Source: Candidatus Poribacteria bacterium
Lineage (GTDB): Bacteria; Poribacteria; WGA-4E; PCPOR2b
DNA: 64,000 nucleotides
Assembly (NCBI GenBank): GCA_965198175.1
Contig: OZ240245.1
Coordinates: forward strand, 640,001-704,000
Direction of reading: 5' to 3'
The translations under genes were made by a program, and so were the position numbers. Below are positions 18,897-28,682 of the stretch, one piece after another. The notes below the pieces were generated by a model. The model worked only from the letters and a program-made list of their open reading frames with translations, searched no databases and had not been told where the DNA came from. Numbering within the stretch: position 1 is the stretch's first letter; every line of letters begins with the position of its first letter.

Positions 18897-20741
18897 CTAA
18901 TCAGCGCTGGCTCCGGCAGGTATCGGTGCGTCGTGCAACGATTCGCCGTTCGGCTGCGTTTGTGGAATCCAGTCCGTTTCAGCACCCGGAACGCTGTATT
19001 CATAGGGACCGTGATATACGTGCGGAATCGCTTCAAAGTTGCCATGGGGGACAGGCGTCGGCGCCTGCCATTCCAAAGTGTTCGCTTGCCACGGATTTTG
19101 TTCAGCCACCTTCCCGCGGACCATACTCCAAAATACGTTGATTAGCAGCAGAATCTGAGCTGTGCCCAAAATAAATGCACAGATGGTGATGAACTCGTTA
19201 ATCCCTTGAAGATGTGCCATATCGGTGTCTAGCGGATTATGGATGCGTCTACGAAGTCCGGCCACGCCGAGGATATGCATCGGGAAGAAGACGCCGTTAA
19301 AGGCGATGAACGAGATCCAAAAATGAATTTTGCCCAGGGCCTCATTCATGTGCCGTCCAAACATCTTGGGGAACCAGTAAAAGATGCCGCCGAAGATAGC
19401 GAAGACGCTCCCACCGAAGACGACATAATGGATATGCGCTACGATGTAATACGTATCGTGGATGAAGATATCTACCGGCGAATTTGCCATATAGATACCG
19501 CTGAGACCGCCAATGACGAACATCGAGACAAAGGCGAGCGTGTTTAACATCGGCACTGTGAATCGGATTGATGCACGGAAAAGGGTGCCAAGCCAGTTGA
19601 AAGTTTTTATTGCCGAAGGGACAGCGATTATCATGGTAGTAACCATGAAGCTCATCCCCAATGCAGGGTTCATTCCGCTCTGGAACATGTGGTGTCCCCA
19701 CACAATCCAACTGAGAAAGGCGATCGCCATCATGGCATAGACCATTGACCTATAGCCGAAGATGGGCTTTCTCGAAAAGACAGGAAGCATTTCTGACGCC
19801 ATACCCATGCCGGGCAAAATGAGGATATAAACCTCCGGATGCGCGAAGAACCAGAAAAGGTGTTGCCATAACAACGCTTCACCCCCGCCTGCCGGAGAAA
19901 AGAAGGACGTTCCCGCCATGCGGTCGAAGAGGATTAGCGCGAGCGCAGAAGCCACGACAGGAAATGCAAGCAGAAGAAGAATTGCGACGATAAAGAGGGA
20001 CCAGATCACAAGCGGAAGACGGAAGTACGTCATCCCCGGTGCTCGCATATTGATAATTGTGGTAATATAGTTGATTGACCCCATCAGCGAGGAGATGCCC
20101 ATGACGATAAGGCTGATGCACCAGAGATTCTGCCCCCAATCCACTCCGCTATACTCAGGGATTGAAGAGAGTGGCGCGTAGCCAGTCCAACCCGCGGCAG
20201 CGTGTCCACCGGGCACAAAGAACCCAGCCATCATGATAACTGCTCCGAGCATGTTGGACCAGAAGGAAAGCATATTTAGGAGCGGGAACGCCATATCTCT
20301 AGTCCCAATCATCAGCGGAATCAGGAAATTACCAAACGCACCAACGAGCAGCGGTACAACTACGAAGAAAACCATGATGGTGGCGTGCATCGTAAACAGC
20401 GAGTTATAAAATGCCGGTTCTATTATCCCGCTGGGCATGTTTGTTTCTAACCAGGTGTCTTTATCGTCATCATAGCCTTCCTCCCACTTTCGGTCTGCAG
20501 CGGTTGCAACTTCACCGGTCTCCAGATATGTTTCGGACACCCCAATTATCGGGAGCGGTCTGCCAGGCCAGGCTAGTTGCCAACGGAAAAGCAGCGCAAG
20601 CCCGCCCCCGACAATGAACATGATCAATCCGAAGATTAGGAACTGCTTGCCTATCGTTTTATGATCGAGCGAAAAGAGGTATTTACGAACAAAACTCTCT
20701 TCATGGTGATAATCATGTGATTCCTGTGCGTGATCGTTCAT
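18897..20741 (-). CDS. ctaD: Cytochrome c oxidase subunit I, A1-type
   Basis: DHKTIG (D-channel Asp), TMHATIM, WFFAHPEVY, WGHHMF, AHIHYV. Confidence 0.97.
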   Translation of the reverse strand: MNDHAQESHDYHHEESFVRKYLFSLDHKTIGKQFLIFGLIMFIVGGGLALLFRWQLAWPGRPLPIIGVSETYLETGEVATAADRKWEEGYDDDKDTWLETNMPSGIIEPAFYNSLFTMHATIMVFFVVVPLLVGAFGNFLIPLMIGTRDMAFPLLNMLSFWSNMLGAVIMMAGFFVPGGHAAAGWTGYAPLSSIPEYSGVDWGQNLWCISLIVMGISSLMGSINYITTIINMRAPGMTYFRLPLVIWSLFIVAILLLLAFPVVASALALILFDRMAGTSFFSPAGGGEALLWQHLFWFFAHPEVYILILPGMGMASEMLPVFSRKPIFGYRSMVYAMMAIAFLSWIVWGHHMFQSGMNPALGMSFMVTTMIIAVPSAIKTFNWLGTLFRASIRFTVPMLNTLAFVSMFVIGGLSGIYMANSPVDIFIHDTYYIVAHIHYVVFGGSVFAIFGGIFYWFPKMFGRHMNEALGKIHFWISFIAFNGVFFPMHILGVAGLRRRIHNPLDTDMAHLQGINEFITICAFILGTAQILLLINVFWSMVRGKVAEQNPWQANTLEWQAPTPVPHGNFEAIPHVYHGPYEYSVPGAETDWIPQTQPNGESLHDAPIPAGASAD

Positions 20742-20765
20742 TCTACATTGACTCCTTTCTTTTCA

Positions 20766-21449
20766 TTATTCTGGCCACCGTTCACTCATCCACGCAGCGT
20801 AATCTTCATCAGTGTGGACAGTAAGGTATCCGAGCATCCCAGAGTGCCCAAACCCGCAAAGCTCCGCGCACGGAATCTCGTATGTGCCGGACTTCGTTGC
20901 TTCGAACCAGACGTTGATAAACCTCCCTGGAAGCGCATCCTGCTTGAGACGGAGTTGAGGGACAAAGAAGCTGTGAATAACATCATCGGATGTCAGCCTG
21001 ATATGCACCACCTTATTAACGGGGACATGAAGTTGGTTCTCAAGTTGCAGGTCGTCGTCAGTTCCCCATTCACCGTCAGGTCCCGGATAAGTGATATCCC
21101 AGTTGAATTGCTTACCGTTCACTTGAACGACGGCGCCGGGGTTACCGGGAAATTGGGAGGGGGATTTAATCTTGTTCCATTGTGGCAGGCTGAACATCGC
21201 GAGCCCAAACACAATTACAGCGGTCGCAATCGTCCACACAAATTCAAGTGTCGCATTACCGTGGATGTACCCTGCTCTACGGCCTTCCTGAAAGCGATAT
21301 TTGATGAGGAAAACAATCAAAGTAATCACCACAACCAGAAACGCAATCGAAGTAATCCAGTAAATAGCGACAAACAGGTTGTCAACCCCTCTACCAAAGG
21401 TTGATACGTTTTCTGGAAGCCACTCAGGAAAATTCAGCCATTTAAGCAT
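20766..21449 (-). CDS. ctaC: Cytochrome c oxidase subunit II (CuA, no fused cytochrome c)
   Basis: Two TMs, DVIHSF, CAELCGFGHSGM. AGGAG RBS before the ATG at 21449. Confidence 0.95.
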   Translation of the reverse strand: MLKWLNFPEWLPENVSTFGRGVDNLFVAIYWITSIAFLVVVITLIVFLIKYRFQEGRRAGYIHGNATLEFVWTIATAVIVFGLAMFSLPQWNKIKSPSQFPGNPGAVVQVNGKQFNWDITYPGPDGEWGTDDDLQLENQLHVPVNKVVHIRLTSDDVIHSFFVPQLRLKQDALPGRFINVWFEATKSGTYEIPCAELCGFGHSGMLGYLTVHTDEDYAAWMSERWPE

Positions 21450-21474
21450 CAAAATCTCCTTTCTTTATTTATAG

Positions 21475-21553
21475 GATCAACCGAGTGAATAACGAGGGCG
21501 ATAGTTCTAACCGACAGTGAAGACTATCGCGCTCACTATTCGTTCGCTTGATT
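21475..21553. repeat. 79-bp palindromic repeat copy
   Basis: GATCAACCGAGTGAATAACGAGGGCGATAGTTCTAACCGACAGTGAAGACTATCGCGCTCACTATTCGTTCGCTTGATT. Confidence 0.85.
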
Positions 21554-22327
21554 CTAACTTGCCGCTGTTCGCGCGGCACCTACATACGTCAAAATACAGA
21601 ACAAGCTGGTTATTAATAAAGATAGTGCAAGTTGCGGTATCTCCCCGGCGCCTGCAGCATTATCGAGATATAAACATCGGCGTAAAGCTGCGACGCCGTA
21701 GGTTAACGGATTGAGTTTCATCACCCATTCGAAATACGCGGGTACTCCGGAGATTGGGAAAAAAGCGCCGGAAAGAATCCAAATTGGGAACAGAATTAAA
21801 TTCATAATCGCATGAAATCCTTGAGGCGAATCCATACGCCAAGCAATCATCAAGCCGAGGTTTGTCAGCCCAAAGGAGAGTAGAGCAATTATCCCTACTG
21901 TTGCGGGCGTAGAAGCTATACTCAAGCTCACACCAACCACGGGCGCGAGACAAAGAAAAAGTACGCCCTGTAGAAGCGCTAAGGTTGTGCCACCGAGCGC
22001 TTGACCGAGAACGATAGACCACCTTGGAACCGGTGCAACAAGTACACCCTGCAGGAATCCCTCTCGGCGATCTTGAACAATCGAAATAGTTGCGAAAATC
22101 GCGGTAAACAAGAGTACCAGCACAATTATGCCAGCATACAAATATTCAAAATATCCAGTTGTTTCTGGCGCGCCAGTCGGTCGAAACGATTGTCCTAATC
22201 CCGCCCCCAACAGTAGCCAGAAGACCAGAGGCTGCGCGAATGCACTGATTAGACGACTTCGCTGCCGGAAAAATCTTATGACCTCACGCCACCATAAGGT
22301 CATCACAGGGAGTAAAAGTCTTCTCAT
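21554..22327 (-). CDS. ABC-2 type transporter permease
   Basis: WWREVIRFFRQRSR, DRREGFLQGVLVAPV, LSGAFFP, NPLTY. The track's N-terminal MKTIALTIRSLD is translated repeat, so the start is placed at MRRLLL. Confidence 0.88.
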   Translation of the reverse strand: MRRLLLPVMTLWWREVIRFFRQRSRLISAFAQPLVFWLLLGAGLGQSFRPTGAPETTGYFEYLYAGIIVLVLLFTAIFATISIVQDRREGFLQGVLVAPVPRWSIVLGQALGGTTLALLQGVLFLCLAPVVGVSLSIASTPATVGIIALLSFGLTNLGLMIAWRMDSPQGFHAIMNLILFPIWILSGAFFPISGVPAYFEWVMKLNPLTYGVAALRRCLYLDNAAGAGEIPQLALSLLITSLFCILTYVGAARTAAS

Positions 22328-22335
22328 GACGGTAA

Positions 22336-22414
22336 GATCAAGCGAACGGATAGTGAGTGCGATTGTCTTCACTGTCGGTTAAAACTATCGCCTTCGCTAT
22401 CTGCTCAGTTGATC
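22336..22414. repeat. 79-bp palindromic repeat copy, opposite orientation to 21475
   Basis: GATCAAGCGAACGGATAGTGAGTGCGATTGTCTTCACTGTCGGTTAAAACTATCGCCTTCGCTATCTGCTCAGTTGATC. Supplies the ATPase stop codon. Confidence 0.85.
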
Positions 22415-23350
22415 CCCATTTTCGTTGATGGCTGCTTCCGCGAAGCGATGGCCGGTCACTTTGATAAATACATCTTCTAACGTCGGCTTTCCGAAGCGCA
22501 CCGATTGAATCTCTTGAGGAAATGCGGCGACTACGTCTCGAGCAAACTCATGCCCTTGAGCACATTCTATGCGTAGCGATTTGTCAACCAAGGAAGAGCC
22601 ATACCCAAACTGCTGATTGATTCTTGTGGCTAACCCTTCAAGATCTGACGCATCAATTATGACAACGTCCGCACCCACCTGATCTTTCAACGCCTCCGGG
22701 GTTCCTATGGCAACCAGCTTACCCTCATCAAGAATACCTACACGATCGCACCACTCGGCTTCATCCAAAATGTGGGTCGTCAGCAAGATGGTAGTACCAT
22801 CTTGTTCTCGGAGATATGCAAGATGCAATCTAAACTGCTGACGAATCCCAGGATCGAGTCCCGTGCTCGGTTCATCGAGCAGCAGCAAGCTGGGTCGATG
22901 GAGAATCGCCTTCGCGAGTTCAACCCGCCTTTGCAAACCACCAGAAAGTGTTTCTACCAGATTGCGGCCTCGCTCTGCGAGTCCCAGTTGATCAAGTACA
23001 GTTTGGATTCTGCCTTCGAGTGCCCTGCCCCACAGTCCGTAGAGGTGCCCGTGATGCCGAAGATTTTCAACGACCGTAAGCTTCAAATCTATACTGGGAT
23101 GCTGAAAAACCACCCCCAAGTGTTTTCTGACTTCGTGGGGCTTGTCAGCCTGATCGTAACCGAGCAATCGCACCCTTCCCTTGTTGGCAGGGATAAGGGT
23201 CGAAAGAATCTTAAAAAGCGTGGTCTTTCCTCCTCCATTCGGCCCAAGGATTCCAAAGATCTCACCTTGCGACACATCAAAAGTCACGCCAACCAGCGCT
23301 TTCCGAGCACCATAAGCGTGGTGGAGGTTCTCGACTTCAATAGGAGGCAT
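22397..23350 (-). CDS. ABC transporter ATP-binding protein (DrrA-like)
   Basis: GPNGGGKTT, LSGG, LLLLDEP, TTH, PTLEDVFIKVTG. Start placed at MPPIEV with GGAGG RBS. Confidence 0.93.
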   Translation of the reverse strand: MPPIEVENLHHAYGARKALVGVTFDVSQGEIFGILGPNGGGKTTLFKILSTLIPANKGRVRLLGYDQADKPHEVRKHLGVVFQHPSIDLKLTVVENLRHHGHLYGLWGRALEGRIQTVLDQLGLAERGRNLVETLSGGLQRRVELAKAILHRPSLLLLDEPSTGLDPGIRQQFRLHLAYLREQDGTTILLTTHILDEAEWCDRVGILDEGKLVAIGTPEALKDQVGADVVIIDASDLEGLATRINQQFGYGSSLVDKSLRIECAQGHEFARDVVAAFPQEIQSVRFGKPTLEDVFIKVTGHRFAEAAINENGDQLSR

Positions 23351-23381
23351 CTTCTTTCCTCCACTTGATGACCTGCAATCC

Positions 23382-23520
23382 CTACACATCTCCAAGGTTT
23401 CCATCAGTCGTTAGAAACGGCGTATCAAGTTCCAGCACCGCAATCCAAAGGTCGTTTTCCGGAATGAGGGAGCGGCTCGTCTTCCTCAACACCATACGAC
23501 CATAGCATATCATACGATAA
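23382..23520 (-). pseudogene. VapC/PIN-toxin C-terminal relic
   Basis: Translates as YG...LRKTSRSLIPENDLWIAVLELDTPFLTTDGNLGDV, resembling the PIN C-terminal pattern IPENDLWIA...L.T.D. No N-terminal half or antitoxin present. Confidence 0.6.
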
Positions 23521-23547
23521 CTACAGGGCAAACCCGACTTGGGCACC

Positions 23548-24336
23548 TCAGTTCTTGAGTGTGAGCGCGAAGTCCTGTGTGACTGCACCATCGGCGTCAA
23601 CGGTCACAGACGCGGGTGACTCCGTGTTCGTCCCACAAGATTCATGCCAGTAACCAAGTTTGTAGGTTCCCGGCGGCACGTTCTCAAGCTTATACTGCCC
23701 GTTCTCATCGCTGGCTGCAAAGTATGGATGAGGAATGTAAGCGATCCAGGCTTTCATCCAGCCGTGGACATCGCATTTGACAGGCACAGGCCCTTCCGCC
23801 TTTTTTACCGCTTTAACCGGCATCTTCCGCCTGCTGCCCGGCTGCGATTTATTGACGGCAGTGTTCTTTTTACTAAAAATATGGACGTTGTGCATGATTT
23901 TGTCGGGGTTGAGCATGGTTAATCGCTGTCCGACGGGAAGCAAGCGAACATGCGGGCTAAAATGACAGCCTTTCTGATCAAGCTCGTATTTGACCTTAAC
24001 GCCCTTAAGAAAACCTGCGCCTGACGAGATATCCATGAGATAAATGATGGCGTTTTTCAAGCCGTTTCCTTCGCCGACTACAACCGATTCATCAAACTTG
24101 TCAGCTAAACCGCAGACTTCCGGATTCTTTGTGATTTCGAGCTTTTTCATTGTAGGGACTTCGCCCTCAAACGTTACGGTGCCGGTGATGGTGCCCCCGT
24201 TGGAAACACTACCGGCTTCATAACTTTCGGGGAACACAAGCGATTCGACAGCTTCGCCTTTGCCGGCAGCGATGGCACTGGTGACAAAAATGCCCGCAAT
24301 GATGAGGGTTAGAATTGTAACAACTTGGGTTTTCAT
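23548..24336 (-). CDS. Exported cupredoxin-like / carboxypeptidase-regulatory-like domain protein (paralog 2)
   Basis: Signal peptide, LDQKGCHFSPHV, HNVH...KCDVHGWM (His/Cys/His/Met set), HPYFA, NVPPGTY...WHE. Confidence 0.75.
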   Translation of the reverse strand: MKTQVVTILTLIIAGIFVTSAIAAGKGEAVESLVFPESYEAGSVSNGGTITGTVTFEGEVPTMKKLEITKNPEVCGLADKFDESVVVGEGNGLKNAIIYLMDISSGAGFLKGVKVKYELDQKGCHFSPHVRLLPVGQRLTMLNPDKIMHNVHIFSKKNTAVNKSQPGSRRKMPVKAVKKAEGPVPVKCDVHGWMKAWIAYIPHPYFAASDENGQYKLENVPPGTYKLGYWHESCGTNTESPASVTVDADGAVTQDFALTLKN

Positions 24337-24467
24337 GATTGAACTCCTTTTATAGAATTGTTTTCAAGATATTTCGATGCATAGTAGAGTTTTCTAACAA
24401 TTTTTGCTGAATTGCCACCCGCCTAACGTCTAAAGGTAGGCAATCCTCCGTTTCCATGTCCACAAAT

Positions 24468-26198
24468 CTATTGTTTCAGTTTCTCTCGTCCTCTTACGCT
24501 GCCTCGCAAGCCAAAAAGTAACCCAACGGAGATAAGCGCTACAAGTGGCGGATACACGAAACGCTTGTTCGAAGGAACAGGATCTAGAACGAAAGTATAC
24601 CACGTCGAAATAGCTCGCTTAGTTTTCACGTCGCCGTTGGCGCCATCCCAGGCGGAGAAAGCAATAGGGATAAAGCTTTCAGGTTCAAGTTGAAGGTCCT
24701 TTTTGTCATCTGTCTTAAGCGCTCGCTTGACCCACAGACGGTAACGCCCATCTTCGTAGACACTTTCAACCTGCATCTGGCTTTGTGACAGTTGGACGGT
24801 GGCTTTATCAATTCCCTTGGCGTTCATCTCTGTGATTTTGTCAGGTTCAGCAACCTTCCACTGCCAGAGGTAAACGGGACGTCGTCCGCCCCAGATGAAG
24901 TACGGCTTGGGATCAGAAGGACTCTTAGGCACCTTTACAGGGAACTGAATGGCAATGGCATCTTCAACGGTTTCCCCCGTCTCATCATCTTCTCGCGGAA
25001 GGGTTTTCGTCCGATCGTCCCACGTGAAGAGAAACACGACCTCATTATCGTTATAGAAGGACTTGGCTGTCACCGAATCTATTGATGGGTTGAACTGTCG
25101 TGGTTCAATAACAACCTGACCCACGAGCGGGAAGTAGCTCGCCTCCTTGATTTCACTCCAGGCAGCATCATTTAATCCTGGCAGGTCTTCGACGAGATAT
25201 TGTGAGCGTAGGACTTTGTCACCTACCGCGGCTGGGGGACGTCCATCGCGCCCCAGCGATTTCACGTAATTTGCCAAGTGCCAACTCTTCTCGAATATTG
25301 GCTTCATGGCATCGTCAAGTTTTTTCTGCTCATCGGGGGTTATTTCTTCTCCCTCTTCAACTCTGAGCATGATGTCTTCATACTCGTAGGCTTTTTCCTC
25401 TAGCTGCGCGTACTCCGCTTCCTCCACCTCAGTCATTTCGTCTTTCTCTTCAAGCGCGATTATCCGCTCTGTCTCGGCGTCGGTCAAACCGAGTCGGAAG
25501 GCAGACACAAATGCCGGCATCGGCGACCCGGCAATCCCGCCAATAAACCGTTTGAAAATATCCTCTGTGGATGAGCCACCCCTGAAATTCCAACTGTGCT
25601 CCATATTCGCGGGCCAGCTGCGGAATCCCCACTCATCGGTAAGATCTGGTGCAGATGTGCCATCTCCTCGCCCGAGTGCGCCGTGACATTCGACGCAGCC
25701 AAGTTTAGCGTAAAACTCTTTCCCTTTAGCAACGCTCTCCTCAGAATAAGGTATCTTACCTGACAGGTCAATCACTCGTGGCGACGCCTCTTCAAAACCC
25801 TCAAAGAACGTCTTGATATGGGCAACGAGACTCCATCGCTCATCCTCACTGAGAAGCCCCTTCCATGCTGGCATTGACGATCCTGGCATACCGTTTGAGA
25901 TTGCCTCAAATAGGTCCTGGTCCGTCGGTAAGTTCCCACTCTCTGTGGAGCGAATTTTGTAGAGTCCGGACGTGAAATCCCTCGGTCTTGGCAACAGGTT
26001 TTCGGAGGCGTCCCCATCGCCAGCTCCCTCAATTCCGTGGCAATGAGCGCACTTGTCTATATAGAGCGATTTTCCCGCCACAGAAGCAGCGGGGGCAGTT
26101 TTGCCCTGCGCAAAAAGCGAACATGTTATCATTGCAGGAAATAGAAGAAAACCTGCAATATATATAGTGAGTGATTTCTTAGCAAACAATCGGTTCAT
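24468..26198 (-). CDS. Diheme cytochrome c fused to an ethylbenzene-dehydrogenase gamma (EB_dh/NxrC)-like domain, C-terminal TM anchor
   Basis: CAHCH (PRPRDF...GSSMP), CVECH (GSPMP), then FTWDD, DAIAIQFP, VYLWQWK, IAFSAWDG...K (EB_dh-like), and a TM. Confidence 0.8.
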   Translation of the reverse strand: MNRLFAKKSLTIYIAGFLLFPAMITCSLFAQGKTAPAASVAGKSLYIDKCAHCHGIEGAGDGDASENLLPRPRDFTSGLYKIRSTESGNLPTDQDLFEAISNGMPGSSMPAWKGLLSEDERWSLVAHIKTFFEGFEEASPRVIDLSGKIPYSEESVAKGKEFYAKLGCVECHGALGRGDGTSAPDLTDEWGFRSWPANMEHSWNFRGGSSTEDIFKRFIGGIAGSPMPAFVSAFRLGLTDAETERIIALEEKDEMTEVEEAEYAQLEEKAYEYEDIMLRVEEGEEITPDEQKKLDDAMKPIFEKSWHLANYVKSLGRDGRPPAAVGDKVLRSQYLVEDLPGLNDAAWSEIKEASYFPLVGQVVIEPRQFNPSIDSVTAKSFYNDNEVVFLFTWDDRTKTLPREDDETGETVEDAIAIQFPVKVPKSPSDPKPYFIWGGRRPVYLWQWKVAEPDKITEMNAKGIDKATVQLSQSQMQVESVYEDGRYRLWVKRALKTDDKKDLQLEPESFIPIAFSAWDGANGDVKTKRAISTWYTFVLDPVPSNKRFVYPPLVALISVGLLFGLRGSVRGREKLKQ

Positions 26199-26327
26199 TT
26201 GTCACAGGATTACCGCTCTATTTTATACGAGTAACTTTGTAGAAAAACCCAACACCTCAATCGAAGGGCCACTGTCGGTTTCCATAACCACGGGGTTTTT
26301 CTAACCGTGATTGGTTTTCACTGGTGC

Positions 26328-27110
26328 TTAGTGTTTAGCCTCGCCAAACGTTCTCGGTTTATAGCCGGTGTATTCCGACAAGAAGATGATGACATCCCAG
26401 ATCTCCTCTTCAGTCAAATAGTTCTCCCAGACCGGCATAGCAGAGTCCCAAGGGGTTGCCGCCGGTGGCAAGCCTGGTCCCCCTTTACTAATACGCCAGA
26501 ATAGGAACGATTCCTGGAAGTTTGGGATGATACCGGGGTCTTGGAAGTTCGCAGGCAGTGGGTTCAATCCGTGCGCAAAATGCCCCTCTCCATCAAGATC
26601 GTCGCCGTGGCAATAAAAACAGTTTTGGTAGTAAACTCGACGCCCGTTATCTGCGTGGCCCTTGAATGCTTCCTTGTCATCTTTTTCAAGGTGCCGGAAG
26701 GGGTTCTCCACCTCTTGTGTGGGACCGATAACCTTGTTGTCGCGGTCGGTCAGTTCATCAGGCGGAGCTGGGTGGGCGACGCGTAACGATGCAGGTGCTT
26801 CTGCCTTCGTTGATACCTTAGAAAAGGTAAAAAGAAGCATGACCAGAGGAATAAGGACGAACAGTACGGTACATCTTGTCCTTCTATTATCATCAGCCAA
26901 AGTTTCTCTGATGGGACGCAGAAATTCCCGAAACCTATCATCTTCAACGGATACGTGAACTAAAATCGCCAATAAAATCAGGCCGAGATACATGCTGATT
27001 ACGCTAGCAGGCAACGGCACAGACCACACGCCACCGATGAAGAATTTTAAGAAGAGCCAAATCACGGCAAATAGGATTAGGCATTTGGTGAAAAGCGATA
27101 ATTTTGGCAT
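26328..27110 (-). CDS. Membrane-anchored monoheme cytochrome c
   Basis: 3 TMs, HPAPP, NPFR, CFYCHG, LFWRISKGG, WDSAMPVW. Confidence 0.88.
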   Translation of the reverse strand: MPKLSLFTKCLILFAVIWLFLKFFIGGVWSVPLPASVISMYLGLILLAILVHVSVEDDRFREFLRPIRETLADDNRRTRCTVLFVLIPLVMLLFTFSKVSTKAEAPASLRVAHPAPPDELTDRDNKVIGPTQEVENPFRHLEKDDKEAFKGHADNGRRVYYQNCFYCHGDDLDGEGHFAHGLNPLPANFQDPGIIPNFQESFLFWRISKGGPGLPPAATPWDSAMPVWENYLTEEEIWDVIIFLSEYTGYKPRTFGEAKH

Positions 27111-27125
27111 AACGGCTTAACACTC

Positions 27126-28646
27126 CTATTCAGCGCTTTCTTCCGCTCCTTCATCTTGAGATTCACCTTCAGCCACTGTCGTGCCTGCTACACCCGTTAG
27201 GGTTGATAAAAATGCAAGGAGATCGCTCATGTCCCCAACCGACAATAACAGCGGAAAGTTATTCGGCATCGGGGAAGTTACATCGAGTCGTTTACCGAAG
27301 GCGCGGCTGTGGGTCGGTCCCTCGTCAATATCGAATTTGTCAATCGTCTGATCTTCGCCATCCACTCTTAAGGTGATTTCGTCCTCATTTTCCGATACCA
27401 GCTCCCCGACGATTACATTCTCATCGAAGTCGATGAGCGTCACCTGAACCTTCACATTCGATTTAGAAACTGTCAGTGTTTCTCCACCTACCTGAAGCGT
27501 AATGCTTTCGTCAGCCTCTTCTAAGAGGTCGCCGCTTATAGACGCTCCCGTATCGGCAAGCGTCACTTGGATCCAGAAGTATCCCTTCCCATTTAGATTG
27601 GTAAGTTCTTCAATCGGCTCCGGATCAAGTTCGCTCAAAGGTATTGGCTGTTCGGTTTCAACGCCGGCAGCGTTTTTCACGCGCACAGTGATTTTCTCAT
27701 AGTCTTGCGAGACGAGCGTCCCCTGAATTGAGGCGCCGCCGGTTTTCACCGTAACGGAACCGTATCCGCTCACAATTTGGGCGTTCGGCTTCAAGATTGA
27801 CTCCTCAATATACCGCATACTGTACAGTTCCGCGATCTCTGTCAGGTCTGGTGCTGCCACAACCTCTACGCCTTCATCAAGTGTTTGACCCGCAGGTTTC
27901 TCAACACCGCCAACAGCGTGACATGCAATGCACTTCGCACCATCTACAAAAACCCTTTTGCCGCGCTCAATGTCTCCAGCCAAAATGGGTGGCAGTTCTT
28001 CGACTTGCGCTACAGTCCTTCCGATATGAAAGGGCGGCTCGAACGGCATCACATCCACTTCTCCGCCCTGATTCTGTAGGAAGGCGATAACCGTTTCAAT
28101 CGCTAGCTCGGATAAACTGATCGGCGGCTTCCAGACCGGCGGCATAATGTTGCCGTAGCCGGTGACGAGGAACTTGTGCGGTTCATACGTGGACTCAATT
28201 AGATAATCTTTTGCCGAGACGCCGGGTTTGCGTGTCGCGGCTCGGGCGCCGACATCCGATAGATCCGGGCAGCGACTCTTAGGAGCAGAGGGATCAAGTG
28301 TGTGACAGGTGTGGCATTTCCCTCTTCCGTTAAAGATTGCTTCGCCTGCCTCAACAAATGCCTCCGGTGTTCGCTCAATACTTGACAGATCCACCTTCGC
28401 GGTCGATGTTTCTGGAACAATACTGGCGGCGAACGCATAAAACCAGATGACCATCAACGAGAATGACAGTAGTTTCATCACGCTTTGCCAGAGTATAAGA
28501 TTAGCCAAAGCAAAGATAAAAAACCACACTGACCACGGCAGCAGGTTTTCCGATGCGATCGGAAAAGCAGGGGCTTTCGCGACGTAGGCGATAAAACTCA
28601 CGATCATAATAACTAAACTGGCGATTTTTGTGACCGTGTTTGACAT
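27126..28646 (-). CDS. Membrane diheme cytochrome c with an expanded Planctomycete-type heme-binding domain
   Basis: 3 TMs, CHTCH...RCPDL...IMPP, CIACH...APDL...ESILKP...GY, three beta-rich repeats, SPMP...DLLAFL. Confidence 0.85.
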   Translation of the reverse strand: MSNTVTKIASLVIMIVSFIAYVAKAPAFPIASENLLPWSVWFFIFALANLILWQSVMKLLSFSLMVIWFYAFAASIVPETSTAKVDLSSIERTPEAFVEAGEAIFNGRGKCHTCHTLDPSAPKSRCPDLSDVGARAATRKPGVSAKDYLIESTYEPHKFLVTGYGNIMPPVWKPPISLSELAIETVIAFLQNQGGEVDVMPFEPPFHIGRTVAQVEELPPILAGDIERGKRVFVDGAKCIACHAVGGVEKPAGQTLDEGVEVVAAPDLTEIAELYSMRYIEESILKPNAQIVSGYGSVTVKTGGASIQGTLVSQDYEKITVRVKNAAGVETEQPIPLSELDPEPIEELTNLNGKGYFWIQVTLADTGASISGDLLEEADESITLQVGGETLTVSKSNVKVQVTLIDFDENVIVGELVSENEDEITLRVDGEDQTIDKFDIDEGPTHSRAFGKRLDVTSPMPNNFPLLLSVGDMSDLLAFLSTLTGVAGTTVAEGESQDEGAEESAE

Positions 28647-28682
28647 CGGTTAGTTCCTATTTCTTGGTTATCAAGGGAGCAG

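Noticed and set aside
22328..22372. ORF starts reading MKTIALTIRSLD / MKTIAFAIRSVD (also at 17723 and 21517)
   Set aside because: These are translations of the 79-bp repeat arm, not protein N-termini.
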